A stretch of DNA of 64,000 nt from Mycobacterium sp. (GTDB taxonomy: Bacteria; Actinomycetota; Actinomycetes; Mycobacteriales; Mycobacteriaceae): NCBI RefSeq assembly GCF_045807025.1, contig NZ_JBJMID010000014.1; one strand, written 5' to 3'. Shown piece after piece: positions 19,902 through 30,993 of the stretch (position 1 is its first letter; every line of letters begins with the position of its first letter). The notes beneath the pieces were generated by a model. The model ran no database searches. It was given only the letters and a program-made list of their open reading frames with translations, and had not been told where the DNA came from. The position numbers and the translations under genes are program-made.

Positions 19902-21185
19902 GTGGCCGACACCCGCGCACCGATCGCCGTTTGGCGTTCTGTGCGCGCGCTGCCGCAGTTCTGGCGACTGCTCGAGTTGCGCACGGTCAGCCAATTCGGT
20001 GACGGCCTGTTTCAGGCCGGCCTCGCAGGCGGCCTCCTGTTCAGTACAGAGCGGGCCGCGACGCCGTGGGAGGTCGCTGGCGCATTCGCTGCGCTGTATC
20101 TGCCGTACTCGGTGCTCGGCCCGTTCGCGGGCGCACTGCTGGACCGCTGGGACCGGCGGCTGGTGCTCGTCGGCGCCAACCTCGGCAGGCTGCTGCTGGT
20201 GCTCGGTGTCGCCGGCCTGCTGGCTGCCGGGACGAGCGACCCGCCGATCCTGTTCGGCGCGTTGATCGTCAACGGCTTCACGCGGTTCGTCTCCTCGGGT
20301 CTGTCGGCCGCGCTGCCGGATGTGGTGGGCCGGGACCAGGTGGTCACGATGAATTCGGTGGCCACGGCCGCCGGCGCGGCAGCGGCGTTCCTCGGCGCGG
20401 TCTTCATGCTGTTGCCTCGCTCGCTGTTCGGCGCCGATGACACCGGCGCTGCCGCAGTCATTTTCATTGTCACCGTGCCGGTCGCGCTCGCGCTGCTGCT
20501 TTCGGTCCGCTTCCCGCCGCACATCCTCGGGCCGCACGAAAGCAAGCGGTCTATCCACGGGTCCGTCGTTTACGCGGTGGCCACCGGGTGGGTGCACGGC
20601 GCGCGCACGGTGTTGGCCGTGCGAACCGTCGCGGCCACGCTGTCGGGGCTGGCCGCACACCGCATGGTGCTCGGCATCAACACCCTGTTGGTGTTGGTGA
20701 TGGTGCGGCACACTGACACCAAGGAGGTCGCGGGTTTCGGCAGCTCGGTGTTGTTCCTTGCCGCCACGGGCGCTGGGTCGTTCCTCGCGACTGCGTTGAC
20801 ACCAACGCTCGTCCGTCGGTGGGGCCGCTACGCCGCACCTAACGGCGCACTGGCTTTCGCGGCCGTTGTCCAGCTGTGCGGCTCGGGCTTGCAGCTCCCG
20901 GTGATGGTGCTGTGCGGATTCCTGCTCGGTGCGGCCGGACAGGTGGTGAAGCTGTGCGCGGACACCGCGATGCAGATCGACGTCGACGACGCGCTGCGCG
21001 GGCATGTGTTCACGGTTCAGGACGCGCTGTTCTGGATGTCGTTCATCGTCGCGATGTCGTTGGCGGCGACGGTGATTCCGGCCGACGGCTATCAGCCGGC
21101 GCTGGCGCTTGCCGGCGTAGCGGTGTACCTCGCCGGACTTGCCGTTCACGCCGGCGTCGGCCACCGCGCGCAATCGCCCGGCTAA
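19902..21185 (+). CDS. MFS transporter (Rv0037c-like)
   Basis: About 12 TM helices; MFS motif [15 protein letters not shown]; DALRGHVF. Start approximate. Confidence 0.88.
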   Translation: MADTRAPIAVWRSVRALPQFWRLLELRTVSQFGDGLFQAGLAGGLLFSTERAATPWEVAGAFAALYLPYSVLGPFAGALLDRWDRRLVLVGANLGRLLLVLGVAGLLAAGTSDPPILFGALIVNGFTRFVSSGLSAALPDVVGRDQVVTMNSVATAAGAAAAFLGAVFMLLPRSLFGADDTGAAAVIFIVTVPVALALLLSVRFPPHILGPHESKRSIHGSVVYAVATGWVHGARTVLAVRTVAATLSGLAAHRMVLGINTLLVLVMVRHTDTKEVAGFGSSVLFLAATGAGSFLATALTPTLVRRWGRYAAPNGALAFAAVVQLCGSGLQLPVMVLCGFLLGAAGQVVKLCADTAMQIDVDDALRGHVFTVQDALFWMSFIVAMSLAATVIPADGYQPALALAGVAVYLAGLAVHAGVGHRAQSPG

Positions 21186-21195
21186 GGTGACCGCC

Positions 21196-21972
21196 ATGTC
21201 GACAGCGGGGCCGATGGTGGCCGATCTGCGTGCGGAGAGCGCCGATCTCGACGCGATGGTCGCCGACCTGCCTGCCGCTCGGTGGGCCGACGCCACGCCT
21301 GCGCCCGGGTGGACGATCGCGCATCAGATCGCACACCTGCTGTGGACCGATCGCGTCGCGCTGACCGCGGTGACCGACGAAGGCGAGTTCGGCAAGGTGC
21401 TGACCGAGGCCGCCAAGGACCCGACGGGTTTCGTCGATGCGGGCGCCGAGGAGCTCGCCGTGGTTCCCCCGAAGAGCCTGCTGGCCGACTGGCGCCAGAC
21501 CCGAACACGTTTGCATGACGAACTGCTGGGCGTCGCCGAGGGCCGCAAGTTGCCGTGGTTCGGACCGCCGATGAGCGCCGCGTCGATGGCCACCGCCCGG
21601 CTGATGGAAACCTGGGCGCACGGCCTTGACGTCGCCGACGCACTGGGCGTGAAGCGAGCCGCCACGGCGCGGCTGCGCTCGATCGCACACATCGGCGTGC
21701 GCACCCGCGACTTCGCGTTCTCCATCAACGGACTCACCGTTCCTGCCGAGCCGTTCCGGGTGGAGCTGAATGCGCCCGACGGCGCGACGTGGTCCTGGGG
21801 GCCCGACGACGCCACACAGCGCGTCACCGGTTCGGCCGAAGACTTCTGCATGCTGGTCACGCAGCGGCGACCGAAGGCGGCCTTGGATGTCCACGCCGTC
21901 GGCACCGACGCCGAGATGTGGCTCGGTATTGCACAGGCGTTCGCCGGCCCGCCCGGTCCGGGACGCGGATAG
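21196..21972 (+). CDS. DinB/MDMPI-superfamily metal-binding protein (TIGR03084-type, Rv0036c-like)
   Basis: [39 protein letters not shown]. Confidence 0.85.
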   Translation: MSTAGPMVADLRAESADLDAMVADLPAARWADATPAPGWTIAHQIAHLLWTDRVALTAVTDEGEFGKVLTEAAKDPTGFVDAGAEELAVVPPKSLLADWRQTRTRLHDELLGVAEGRKLPWFGPPMSAASMATARLMETWAHGLDVADALGVKRAATARLRSIAHIGVRTRDFAFSINGLTVPAEPFRVELNAPDGATWSWGPDDATQRVTGSAEDFCMLVTQRRPKAALDVHAVGTDAEMWLGIAQAFAGPPGPGRG

Positions 21973-21987
21973 GCCGCGGGACGGTGG

Positions 21988-22476
21988 CTAGAGCTCGGTG
22001 GCGGCGTCGGCCTTGCCGTCACCGTCGGAGTCGGCCAGCTTGACGTCCCAGCTGCCGTCGCCGTCGGTGTCGACGTAGGCCACGTCGCCGGACAGCGCGC
22101 GGTCGGCCAGTCCATTGCCGTCGGTATCCGTCAACCGGTCATCGCTTTGCCCGTCGCCGTCCAGGTCCACCAGCGGTCCACCGGTGTGCTCGACGCCGTC
22201 GAGGCCGAACCACCGCACTTGCCCCGCCCGATCGACGCTGACCGCCCAGGTGCCGGTGCCGTCGTCGGTGAAAAATGTTGCGTCCGAAGCGTGGTCCAAC
22301 ACTGCGTGGTCGGCGTGGCCGTCGCCGTCCATGTCGGCCATCGCGTCGTCGAATAGTCCGTCGCCGTCGAAATCCAGCCCGACGGCGTCCAGCGAGCCGT
22401 CGCCGTCAACATCGATGTTGGGATCGGCGGTCCACATGGTCGCCGAGCCTTCCGCATCACCAAGGCAGTAGTCCAT
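21988..22476 (-). CDS. Acidic protein with repeated DxDGDG calcium-binding-type loops
   Basis: 162 aa containing DVDGDG, DFDGDG, DMDGDG, DLDGDG, DTDGNG, DTDGDG and DSDGDG; ATG 6 nt after the pcnA stop. Confidence 0.8.
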   Translation of the reverse strand: MDYCLGDAEGSATMWTADPNIDVDGDGSLDAVGLDFDGDGLFDDAMADMDGDGHADHAVLDHASDATFFTDDGTGTWAVSVDRAGQVRWFGLDGVEHTGGPLVDLDGDGQSDDRLTDTDGNGLADRALSGDVAYVDTDGDGSWDVKLADSDGDGKADAATEL

Positions 22477-22482
22477 GGCGTG

Positions 22483-23931
22483 TCAGACGTTGCGGTCCTC
22501 CCGGGAGTTCCACCATTTCGTCAGCTCGACGACGGCCTCGTCGTGGCTCAGCGGCCCGCGGTCCAACCTGAGCTCCTTCAGATACCGCCACGCCTGCCCC
22601 ACCTCGGGACCGGCCGGGATTCCGAGGATCTGCATGATCTCGTTGCCGTCCAGATCCGGTCGTACCCGCGCGAGATCCTCCTTGGCCGCCAGCTCCTCGA
22701 TCCGGTGTTCCAGGTCGTCGTAGTTGGCCCGCAGCCGGGCCGCGCGCCGCTTGTTGCGGGTCGTGCAATCGGCACGCACCAATTTGTGCAGCTTCGGCAA
22801 CAACGGCCCGGCATCGGTGACGTACCGGCGCACCGCCGAATCGGTCCACCTACCGTCGCCGTACCCGTGGAACCGCAGGTGCAGGTACACCAGCTGCGAC
22901 ACGTCCTCGATCATCTGCTTGGAGTAGCGCAGCGCCCGCATTCGCTTGCGGACCATCTTCGCGCCGACGACCTCGTGGTGGTGAAAGCTCACGCCGCCGT
23001 CGGACTCGTGCCTGCGGGTGGCCGGTTTGCCGATGTCATGCAGCAGCGCCGCCCATCGCAGCACCAGATCTGGCCCGTCGTCCTCAAGGTCGATGGCCTG
23101 CCGCAGGACGGTCAGCGAATGCCAGTAGACGTCCTTGTGCTGGTGGTGTTCGTCGATGGCCATCCGCATCGCGCCGATCTCCGGCAGCACCACATCGCCG
23201 AGGCCGGTCTCCACCATCAGATCGATCCCGGCGACCGGCTCCGCCCCCAACAGCAACTTGTCCAGTTCGGCGGCCACCCGCTCCGCGGTGATACGGCCCA
23301 GTTGCGGCGCCATCTCCCGCAGCGCCGTCAGCACCCGCGGCGCGACGGCGAACTCGAGTTGGGAGACGAACCGCGCCGCACGCAACATCCGCAGCGGATC
23401 GTCGCCGAACGACACCTCCGGCGCCGACGGAGTGTCGAGCACCTTCGCCCGCAGGGCCGCCAAACCGCCTAGGGGATCAAGGAATTCGCCCGCGCCGTCG
23501 GGCGTGATACGCACCGCCATCGCGTTGGCGGTGAAGTCGCGGCGCACCAGATCGTCGTCGAGGCGCTCACCGAAACGCACCTCCGGATTGCGGGACACCT
23601 GATCGTAGGTGTCGGCGCGGAAGGTGGTGATCTCAAGGCGGTGACCATCCTTGCCGACGCCGACCGTGCCGAATTCGATGCCGATGTCCCACAACGCGTC
23701 GGCCCACGATCGCAGCAACTTCTGCATCTGATCGGGCCGGGCATCGGTGGTGAAATCCAGATCATTGCCAAGGCGGCCCAGCAGGGCGTCGCGCACGCTG
23801 CCCCCGACGAGATACAGCTCGTGGCCCGCCTCAGCGAACAACCTGCCAAGTTCGCGCAGCACCGCGCCGTGCTGGTTCAACGCCACCAAAGCGGTGGCCA
23901 GCAGCTCGGCATCAGCAGCAGAATCGGGCAC
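22483..23931 (-). CDS. pcnA: CCA-adding tRNA nucleotidyltransferase with HD domain
   Basis: YLVGGSVRD, DLDF, RRDFTANA, DDPLRMLR, LLHDIGK. Confidence 0.95.
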   Translation of the reverse strand: MPDSAADAELLATALVALNQHGAVLRELGRLFAEAGHELYLVGGSVRDALLGRLGNDLDFTTDARPDQMQKLLRSWADALWDIGIEFGTVGVGKDGHRLEITTFRADTYDQVSRNPEVRFGERLDDDLVRRDFTANAMAVRITPDGAGEFLDPLGGLAALRAKVLDTPSAPEVSFGDDPLRMLRAARFVSQLEFAVAPRVLTALREMAPQLGRITAERVAAELDKLLLGAEPVAGIDLMVETGLGDVVLPEIGAMRMAIDEHHQHKDVYWHSLTVLRQAIDLEDDGPDLVLRWAALLHDIGKPATRRHESDGGVSFHHHEVVGAKMVRKRMRALRYSKQMIEDVSQLVYLHLRFHGYGDGRWTDSAVRRYVTDAGPLLPKLHKLVRADCTTRNKRRAARLRANYDDLEHRIEELAAKEDLARVRPDLDGNEIMQILGIPAGPEVGQAWRYLKELRLDRGPLSHDEAVVELTKWWNSREDRNV

Positions 23932-24016
23932 GTTCGATAACCCTAATCGGCAACGGGTGTGTCACGACCGGTGAGTGCGGCGGGAGCGAATCTTCGTGGC
24001 AGCTACTATCGCTTGG

Positions 24017-24772
24017 GTGTCGGACGGCGAGCAGGCCAAACCACGACGGCGCCGGGGGCGGCGCCGCGGCCGACGCGCTGCAGGGCCGCCTGAATCCACC
24101 GATCACCACACCAACACCAACGTGGTGCCGGTCAAGAAGGAAACCGCTCAGAACAAACCGCAGAAGTCCCGTCCGCGCCGGCCCGCAGATCGGCTGCGCA
24201 CGGTTCATGAAACCTCAGCCGGCGGACTGGTGATCGACGGTATCGACGGGCCCAAGGAAACTCAGGTCGCGGCGCTCATCGGCCGCATCGACCGGCGCGG
24301 CCGGATGCTGTGGTCGCTGCCCAAGGGCCACATCGAACTCGGTGAAACCGCTGAACAGACCGCGATCCGTGAGGTTGCCGAGGAGACCGGTATCCAGGGC
24401 AGTGTGCTGGCGGCCCTCGGCAGTATCGACTACTGGTTCGTCACCGAGGGCCGTCGCGTGCACAAGACAGTGCACCACTATTTGATGCGGTTCCTCGGCG
24501 GCGAGCTCTCCGACGAAGACCTCGAAGTCAGTGAAGTGGCGTGGGTGCCTGTCAGGGAGTTGCCGTCGCGACTGGCCTACGCCGACGAACGCCGACTCGC
24601 CGAGGTCGCCGGTGAGCTGATCGACAAGCTGCATGCAGACGGGCCCGCCGCACTGCCGCCACTGCCGCGGACCTCGCCGCGCCGGCGCGCCCAGACGCAT
24701 TCGCACACCCGCAACCGTCGTCCCGACGAACAGCCATCTCGCCGGACGAACGGTTGCGGTCAAGGGCCGTGA
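24017..24772 (+). CDS. mutT4: Nudix hydrolase MutT4 with Arg-rich disordered termini
   Basis: Nudix box [22 protein letters not shown]; N-terminal [11 protein letters not shown]. Confidence 0.92.
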   Translation: MSDGEQAKPRRRRGRRRGRRAAGPPESTDHHTNTNVVPVKKETAQNKPQKSRPRRPADRLRTVHETSAGGLVIDGIDGPKETQVAALIGRIDRRGRMLWSLPKGHIELGETAEQTAIREVAEETGIQGSVLAALGSIDYWFVTEGRRVHKTVHHYLMRFLGGELSDEDLEVSEVAWVPVRELPSRLAYADERRLAEVAGELIDKLHADGPAALPPLPRTSPRRRAQTHSHTRNRRPDEQPSRRTNGCGQGP

Positions 24773-27168
24773 GAGCGGCCGCGGCGCTGGCGCGGCTGTT
24801 CGCCGCCCTCGCGCTGCTGACACTGATCGCAGGTCCCGCCGCCGCGCCCTACGCCGCGGCGGGCGAGCCGGGGGCGGTGCCGTTCCTGCAGGTGCGTATC
24901 GATCGGATCACCCCAGACGTGGTCACCACCACCAGCGAGCCGACCGTCACCGTCAGCGGATCGATACTCAACGTCGGCGACCGGCCGGTGCGCGATGTGA
25001 TGGTGCGCCTCGAGCACGCCGGCGCCGTCACTTCGTCGGCCGGTCTGCGCACCAATCTCACCGGCAATGTCGACCAGTACGAGTCGGTTGCCGACTTCAT
25101 CACCGTCGCGCCGGAATTGCCTCGCGGACAAGATGTTCCGTTCAACCTCGTCTATCCGCTGCGCTCGGCGGAGCTGTCGTCGCTGAACATTGCGGAGCCA
25201 GGGGTGTATCCGCTGATGGTCAACGTCAACGGCACACCCGACTATGGCGAACCCGCCCGCCTCGACGACGCCCGCTTCCTGCTTCCGGTGCTCGGCGTGC
25301 CGCCCGAGCCGGCGGCCGACTCCGCCGCCGACACGCTGACGTCGGTAGTGCCGCCCGACACCTCGAAGCCGGTTCGGCTGACCATGCTGTGGCCGCTGGC
25401 GGACCGGCCGCGGTTGGCCGCAGGTGCGCCCGGTGGCACCACACCCGTGCGGTTGATCGACGATGACCTCGCGACCTCGCTGGCGGCGGGCGGCCGGCTC
25501 GACATCCTGCTGTCAGCGGTCGACTTCGCCACCAGCCCGCCGGTCGACCCCGGCGGCGAGGTGCGCAACGCGATGTGCCTGGCCGTCGACCCCGACCTTC
25601 TGGTCACGGTCAACGCGATGGCGGGCGGCTACGTCGTCAACGACGCGCCCGACGCCGGGCCCGGCACACCGACGCATCCCGGCGCGGGCCAGGACGCGGC
25701 GATCGGCTGGCTCAATCGGCTCAAGGCACTGGGACAGCGGCTGTGTGTGACGCCGACGACGTACTCGCAGGCCGACCTCGACGCGCTTCAGCGGGTCGGC
25801 GACCCGGGTCTGAACACGGTCGCCACCAAGGGCGCCGCCGACATCGTCGACCAGATACTGGGCGTCTCATCGATCCGGGGAGCCACCCTCGTCGGCGACG
25901 GCCCGCTGACCGGCCCCGCCGTTGAGCTGTTGTCGGCGCAGGGTCCCACGGTCGCGATCGCCGGCGCGAATTTCGCGGCGCACGACTCCGCGACCGGCGA
26001 GCCGGCGACCGCAGACGTCCGACCGCTGCGGTACACGCCTCACCTGGTCGCCGCGCCGTTCGACGCAAGCGTCGGTGCCGCGCTGGCAGGCGCAGGCACC
26101 GCACCAGCGTCGCCGTCGTACCTGGATCCGTCGCTGGACATCCCGGTCAAACACGATTCGGCGGTCGCCCGCCGCCAGGATGCGCTGGGGTCGTTGCTGT
26201 GGCGCGGCCTGCGCCCCGACACCGAGCCACGCACCCAGATCCTTTCGCCCCCGCTGGCGTGGAACCTGCAACCCGACGATGCGCAGGCGATACTCACCGC
26301 GGTGGCCTCCACCATTCACGCCGGTTTGGCCGTGGCGCGGCCGCTGAGCGCGGTGATCGCCGAGGCCAACGCCGTAGCGCCGCAGGACCTTGCCCCGCTG
26401 CCCGACGGTGCCATGGGCAACCCGCGCGGTCGCTTCGACGACGGCGTCGTCTCCGGAATCTCGTCGGTGACCGGGCGGCTGTGGGCACTGGGCTCGGCGC
26501 TGACCACCGATGAGCGCACCGGGCTGACGGGTGCGCAGTACACCGCGCCGTTGCGTGAGGACTTGCTTCGCGCGTTGAGCCAGTCGGTGCCGCCTGACGC
26601 CCGCAACGGGCTGGCCCAGCAGCGGCTGACCACCGTCGGCCACACCGTCGACGACCTGTTCGGCGCGGTCAGCATCGTCAACCCCGGTGGTTCCTACACG
26701 CTTGCCACCGAACACAGCCCGCTGCCGTTGGCGCTGCGCAACGACCTTCCGGTGCCGATCCGGGTCCGGCTGGTGATCGATGCTCCGCCCGGGATGTCGG
26801 TGACCGATATGGGTGAGATCGAGCTGCCGCCGGGCTATCTGCCGCTGAAGGTGCCGATCGAGGTGCACTTCACGCAGCGCGTCGCGGTGGACGTCGCATT
26901 GCGCACCGCCGACGGTCTGCCGTTGGGCGAGCCGGTGCGGCTCTCGGTGCATTCCAACGCCTACGGCAAAGTCCTGTTCTTCATCACGTTGACCGGTGGC
27001 GCGGTGTTGGCGCTTCTGGTCGGTCGACGGTTGTGGCACCGGTTCCGTGGCCAGCCGGACCGCGCCGACCTGGATCGGCCCGATCCCATCGACGTCGCGA
27101 TGGCCTACGGGAACGACGCCGACGCGTCGCCGCCCGCCATGAGCCGGTCTGCCGGCGAGGAACAATGA
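24769..27168 (+). CDS. Secreted/membrane glycoprotein-like DUF6049 protein (Rv3909-like)
   Basis: Signal peptide, [19 protein letters not shown]-like segment, C-terminal TM then RRLWHR; GTGA overlap with mutT4. Confidence 0.85.
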   Translation: MRAAAALARLFAALALLTLIAGPAAAPYAAAGEPGAVPFLQVRIDRITPDVVTTTSEPTVTVSGSILNVGDRPVRDVMVRLEHAGAVTSSAGLRTNLTGNVDQYESVADFITVAPELPRGQDVPFNLVYPLRSAELSSLNIAEPGVYPLMVNVNGTPDYGEPARLDDARFLLPVLGVPPEPAADSAADTLTSVVPPDTSKPVRLTMLWPLADRPRLAAGAPGGTTPVRLIDDDLATSLAAGGRLDILLSAVDFATSPPVDPGGEVRNAMCLAVDPDLLVTVNAMAGGYVVNDAPDAGPGTPTHPGAGQDAAIGWLNRLKALGQRLCVTPTTYSQADLDALQRVGDPGLNTVATKGAADIVDQILGVSSIRGATLVGDGPLTGPAVELLSAQGPTVAIAGANFAAHDSATGEPATADVRPLRYTPHLVAAPFDASVGAALAGAGTAPASPSYLDPSLDIPVKHDSAVARRQDALGSLLWRGLRPDTEPRTQILSPPLAWNLQPDDAQAILTAVASTIHAGLAVARPLSAVIAEANAVAPQDLAPLPDGAMGNPRGRFDDGVVSGISSVTGRLWALGSALTTDERTGLTGAQYTAPLREDLLRALSQSVPPDARNGLAQQRLTTVGHTVDDLFGAVSIVNPGGSYTLATEHSPLPLALRNDLPVPIRVRLVIDAPPGMSVTDMGEIELPPGYLPLKVPIEVHFTQRVAVDVALRTADGLPLGEPVRLSVHSNAYGKVLFFITLTGGAVLALLVGRRLWHRFRGQPDRADLDRPDPIDVAMAYGNDADASPPAMSRSAGEEQ

Positions 27169-30100
27169 CGACCGCCGGCGGGCCCCGTCCGCCGCAGCCA
27201 CCGCCGTTCAACAGGGTCCCGCCGGGCCATTACCCTCCCCGCGCGGCGACGCCGCCCTACCCGACCCGCCGCATGCCCCCGCAACGGCTACCCCGCGGGC
27301 CGGCGCCGCGGCGGCGGGCCGGACGCCCGGAGCTGTCCGACGCGGCGGTGGTGTCCCGATCGTGGGGCATGGCGTTCGCGACGCTGGTCAGCCGGATCAC
27401 CGGCTTCACCCGCATCGTGCTGCTGGCCGCGATCCTCGGCGCCGCACTCTCGTCGGCGTTCTCGGTGGCCAACCAGCTGCCCAACCTGATCGCCGCGCTG
27501 GTGCTGGAGGCGACGTTCACGGCGATCTTCGTGCCGGTGCTGGCGCGGGCCGAACGCGACGACCCCGACGGCGGCACCGCCTTCGTGCGGCGGCTCGTCA
27601 CGCTGGCCACCGCGCTGCTGGTGGTGGTGACGCTGCTGTCGGTGGCCGCCGCTCCCCTGCTGGTTCGGCTCATGCTGGGCAGCGATCCGCAGGTCAACCG
27701 GTCACTGACCACCGCGTTCGCCTATTTGCTTCTGCCGCAGGTGTTGTTCTATGGCCTGTCGTCGGTGTTCATGGCGATCCTCAACACCCGCAACGTGTTT
27801 GGCCCTCCGGCGTGGGCACCCGTTGTGAACAACATCGTCGCGATCGCCACGCTGGGCCTGTATCTCCTTGTACCGGGCGAACTTTCGGTCAACCCCGTCG
27901 AGATGGGCAACGCCAAGCTGCTCGTGCTCGGCATCGGCACGACGCTCGGCGTGTTCGCACAGACCGCGGTGCTGCTGGTGGCGATCCGCCAGGAGCGGAT
28001 CAGCCTGCGTCCGCTGTTGGGCATCGACGACCGGCTCAAGAAGTTCGGCACGATGGCGGCGGCCATGGTGCTGTACGTGTTGATCAGCCAGATCGGTTTG
28101 ATTGTCGGCAACCGGATCGCCAGTGCGGCAGCGGCTTCCGGCCCGGCGATCTACAACTACACCTGGCTGGTGTTGATGCTGCCGTTCGGCATGATCGGCG
28201 TGACTGTGCTGACGGTGGTGATGCCACGGTTGAGCCGCAACGCCGCGGCCAACAACATCCACGCCGTGCTCGCCGACCTGTCGCTGTCCACCCGGCTGAC
28301 GATGGTCACGCTGATTCCGATCGTCGCGATGATGACCGTCGGCGGCCCCGCGATCGGCAGTGCGCTGTTCGCCTACGGCAATTTCGGTGAGGTCGACGCC
28401 GGCTACCTCGGCATGGCGATCACCTTGTCGGCCTTCACGCTGATCCCGTATGCCCTTGTGCTGCTTCAGCTTCGGGTGTTCTACGCACGCGAGCAGCCGT
28501 GGACTCCAATTCTGTTGATCGTCGTTATCACCACCGTGAAGATCGTGGCGTCGCTGATTGCGCCCTACTTGACCGACGACCGGGAACTGGTGGCGGGTTA
28601 TCTCGGGCTGGCCAACGGCGTTGGTTTCCTGGCCGGCGCCACGGTCGGCTACTTCCTGTTGCGCGCCAGCCTGAATCCCCCCGGCGGACGGCTCATCAGC
28701 CTTGCGGTGGTGCGCACCATTCTGGTCACGGTCGCCGCATCACTGATCGCGGGCCTCGTCGCCCACGTCATCGATCAGCTTCTCGGGCTCGAGTCGCTGA
28801 CCCGCAACTGGGGCGGCGGCGGTTCACTGCTGCGACTGTTCGTGCTCGGCCTGATCATGGTGCCGATCATCGCCGGGGTGATGTTGGCTGCCCGAGTGCC
28901 CGACGCGCAGTCCGCACTGGCTGCCGTCCAGCGCCGCCTCGGCCGGCGCTCGACGGTAGCCGTACCGCCAACCACCCCGGCCGACCGGTCACAGCCGGGC
29001 CGCCCCCTCACGTACTCTGATCAGAGGAATTCGTTCGCGTCACGCCACCGTCAATTCCCCGCGGCGGCCCGGCGCGGACCTCCGGCCGGGGTTGCCGGGG
29101 AGGGGTTGAGGAAGGGACCAGCGGTGACCGACGACCAAGCGACCGGCGCCGCGGGCCCCGACAGCACTGCCACGACGAAGATCCCGCGCCCGTCGGTATC
29201 TGATTCGGCGGCTCGGCCGCCGGCTGACGACTTCGCGCCCGACGTGCCGGTCGACGGCATCGACCACGACGTGCGGGAGCCCGAGGCGACCGCACCCTTC
29301 GCCGAGCCCGCCAACGGGACCGCGCCCATGCCGGTCTCCGGCCGCCCGCCCGCCGACTACGGCGGCGACCCGACCCGAGAACCGGTCGCATTCGCGCCGC
29401 CACGGGAACCGCCAATCGAGTCTGCGACCTCCGACGAGGACGTGCACCTCATTCCGGGCGCCACCTTCGGCGGCGGCCGCTACCGGCTCCTGGTCTTCCA
29501 TGGCGGACCGCCCAACCTCCAGTTCTGGCAGGCGCTCGACACCGCGCTGGACCGGCAGGTGGCGCTGACCTTCGTCGACCCGGACGCGACCCTGCCCGAC
29601 GAGCAGGTGCAGGAGATTCTGTCTCGCACGCTGAAGCTGAGCCGGCTGGACATGCCTGGCGTCGCCCGGGTGCTCGACGTGGCCAGCACCGGCTCCGGCG
29701 GGCTGGTGGTCTCGGAATGGGTCCGCGGCGGGTCACTGCCCGAAGTGGCCGAGACGTCCCCGTCGCCGATCGGCGGGGCCCGCGCCATCCAATCGCTGGC
29801 CGCAGCCGCCGAGGCCGCCCATCGGTCGGGTGTCGCCTTGTCGATCGACCATCCCAGCCGCGTGCGGGTCAGCATCGAGGGCGACGTGGCGCTGGCGTTT
29901 CCGGCGACGCTGCCCGACGCCACGCCGGAGGACGACATCCGCGGTATCGGGGCTGCGCTCTACGCGCTGCTGATCAACCGCTGGCCACTGCCGGAGTCCG
30001 GGGTGCGCAGCGGGTTGGCGCCCGCCGAGCTGGACGCGGCGGGCGAGCCGATCGAACCGCGGGCCGTCGACCGCGACATCCCGTTCCAGATCTCGGCGGC

Positions 30101-30914
30101 AGCGGCGCGGGCGGTGCAGGAGGGCGGCGGCATCCGCAGCGCGCCCACCCTGCTGAACCTGCTGCAGCAGGCCACCGCCATCGCCGACCGCACGGAGCTC
30201 ATCGCCCCCGTCGACGAACCCGGGCTCCCGCCGGCGTCGCGCTTCCGCGGTGCGCCCGCCAGCGACCCCGAGTCCGCGTCGCGCCGCCGCAGGGGCCTGA
30301 TGATCGGGCTCGGTGTGGGCGGCGCGATCATCGTCGTCGCGTTGATCGTGCTGGCGTCGGTGTTGAGCCGGATCTTCGGCGACGTCGGCGGTGGGCTCGG
30401 CGGCGACGAACTGGGCCTGAACGCGCCGACCACGTCGGCAGAGGGCGGCGACAGCTCGAGCGGAAAGACCGTCAAACCCGTTCGCGTAACGGTGTTTTCA
30501 CCCGAGGGCGAACCGGATGCACCTGATCAGGCCGCGCTGGCCATCGATGGCAATGCCTCGACGGTATGGCCCATCGACACCTATACGGATCCGGTGCCGT
30601 TCCCGAACTTCAAGAACGGCGTCGGGCTGATGCTCCAGCTGGCAGCGCCGACGAAGCTGGGCGAGGTCACCATCAACCTGAACAGCACGGGCACCGCGGT
30701 GGAGATCCGCTCGTCGCAGACGCCGACGCCGTCGTCACTGACCGACACGACCGAGTTGAGCCAGGCCACCACCCTCAAGCCCGGCACGAACACAATCAAG
30801 GTCGACAACGCGTCGCCGACATCCAACGTGCTGGTGTGGGTGTCCACGCTGGGCCAGGTCAACGGCCAGAGCCGGTCCGACATCGCGGAGATCACGCTCC
30901 AGGCCGCGTCCTGA
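27165..30914 (+). CDS. murJ: Lipid II flippase MurJ/MviN with pseudokinase and extracellular domain
   Basis: SRITGFTR, ANQLPN, LPFGMIGV multi-TM domain; kinase-like GRYRLL...LDRQVAL; TM; C-terminal domain. ATGA overlap with the upstream gene. Confidence 0.95.
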   Translation: MTTAGGPRPPQPPPFNRVPPGHYPPRAATPPYPTRRMPPQRLPRGPAPRRRAGRPELSDAAVVSRSWGMAFATLVSRITGFTRIVLLAAILGAALSSAFSVANQLPNLIAALVLEATFTAIFVPVLARAERDDPDGGTAFVRRLVTLATALLVVVTLLSVAAAPLLVRLMLGSDPQVNRSLTTAFAYLLLPQVLFYGLSSVFMAILNTRNVFGPPAWAPVVNNIVAIATLGLYLLVPGELSVNPVEMGNAKLLVLGIGTTLGVFAQTAVLLVAIRQERISLRPLLGIDDRLKKFGTMAAAMVLYVLISQIGLIVGNRIASAAAASGPAIYNYTWLVLMLPFGMIGVTVLTVVMPRLSRNAAANNIHAVLADLSLSTRLTMVTLIPIVAMMTVGGPAIGSALFAYGNFGEVDAGYLGMAITLSAFTLIPYALVLLQLRVFYAREQPWTPILLIVVITTVKIVASLIAPYLTDDRELVAGYLGLANGVGFLAGATVGYFLLRASLNPPGGRLISLAVVRTILVTVAASLIAGLVAHVIDQLLGLESLTRNWGGGGSLLRLFVLGLIMVPIIAGVMLAARVPDAQSALAAVQRRLGRRSTVAVPPTTPADRSQPGRPLTYSDQRNSFASRHRQFPAAARRGPPAGVAGEGLRKGPAVTDDQATGAAGPDSTATTKIPRPSVSDSAARPPADDFAPDVPVDGIDHDVREPEATAPFAEPANGTAPMPVSGRPPADYGGDPTREPVAFAPPREPPIESATSDEDVHLIPGATFGGGRYRLLVFHGGPPNLQFWQALDTALDRQVALTFVDPDATLPDEQVQEILSRTLKLSRLDMPGVARVLDVASTGSGGLVVSEWVRGGSLPEVAETSPSPIGGARAIQSLAAAAEAAHRSGVALSIDHPSRVRVSIEGDVALAFPATLPDATPEDDIRGIGAALYALLINRWPLPESGVRSGLAPAELDAAGEPIEPRAVDRDIPFQISAAAARAVQEGGGIRSAPTLLNLLQQATAIADRTELIAPVDEPGLPPASRFRGAPASDPESASRRRRGLMIGLGVGGAIIVVALIVLASVLSRIFGDVGGGLGGDELGLNAPTTSAEGGDSSSGKTVKPVRVTVFSPEGEPDAPDQAALAIDGNASTVWPIDTYTDPVPFPNFKNGVGLMLQLAAPTKLGEVTINLNSTGTAVEIRSSQTPTPSSLTDTTELSQATTLKPGTNTIKVDNASPTSNVLVWVSTLGQVNGQSRSDIAEITLQAAS

Positions 30915-30993
30915 CCGGCGGCGTGACCGCCTCCATCCCCAGCGCCGCAAACTAGTGTCGGGACCCACCCTCGGCGCCGTTTAGTGTTCGGCT

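Noticed and set aside
19179-21296. 705-aa minus-strand ORF
   Set aside because: Only the last 201 codons match YqgE/AlgH; the rest is the antisense shadow of the GC-rich MFS gene.
27165-30914. Kinase-like domain fused to the MurJ flippase
   Set aside because: This is the well-described MviN pseudokinase of mycobacteria.
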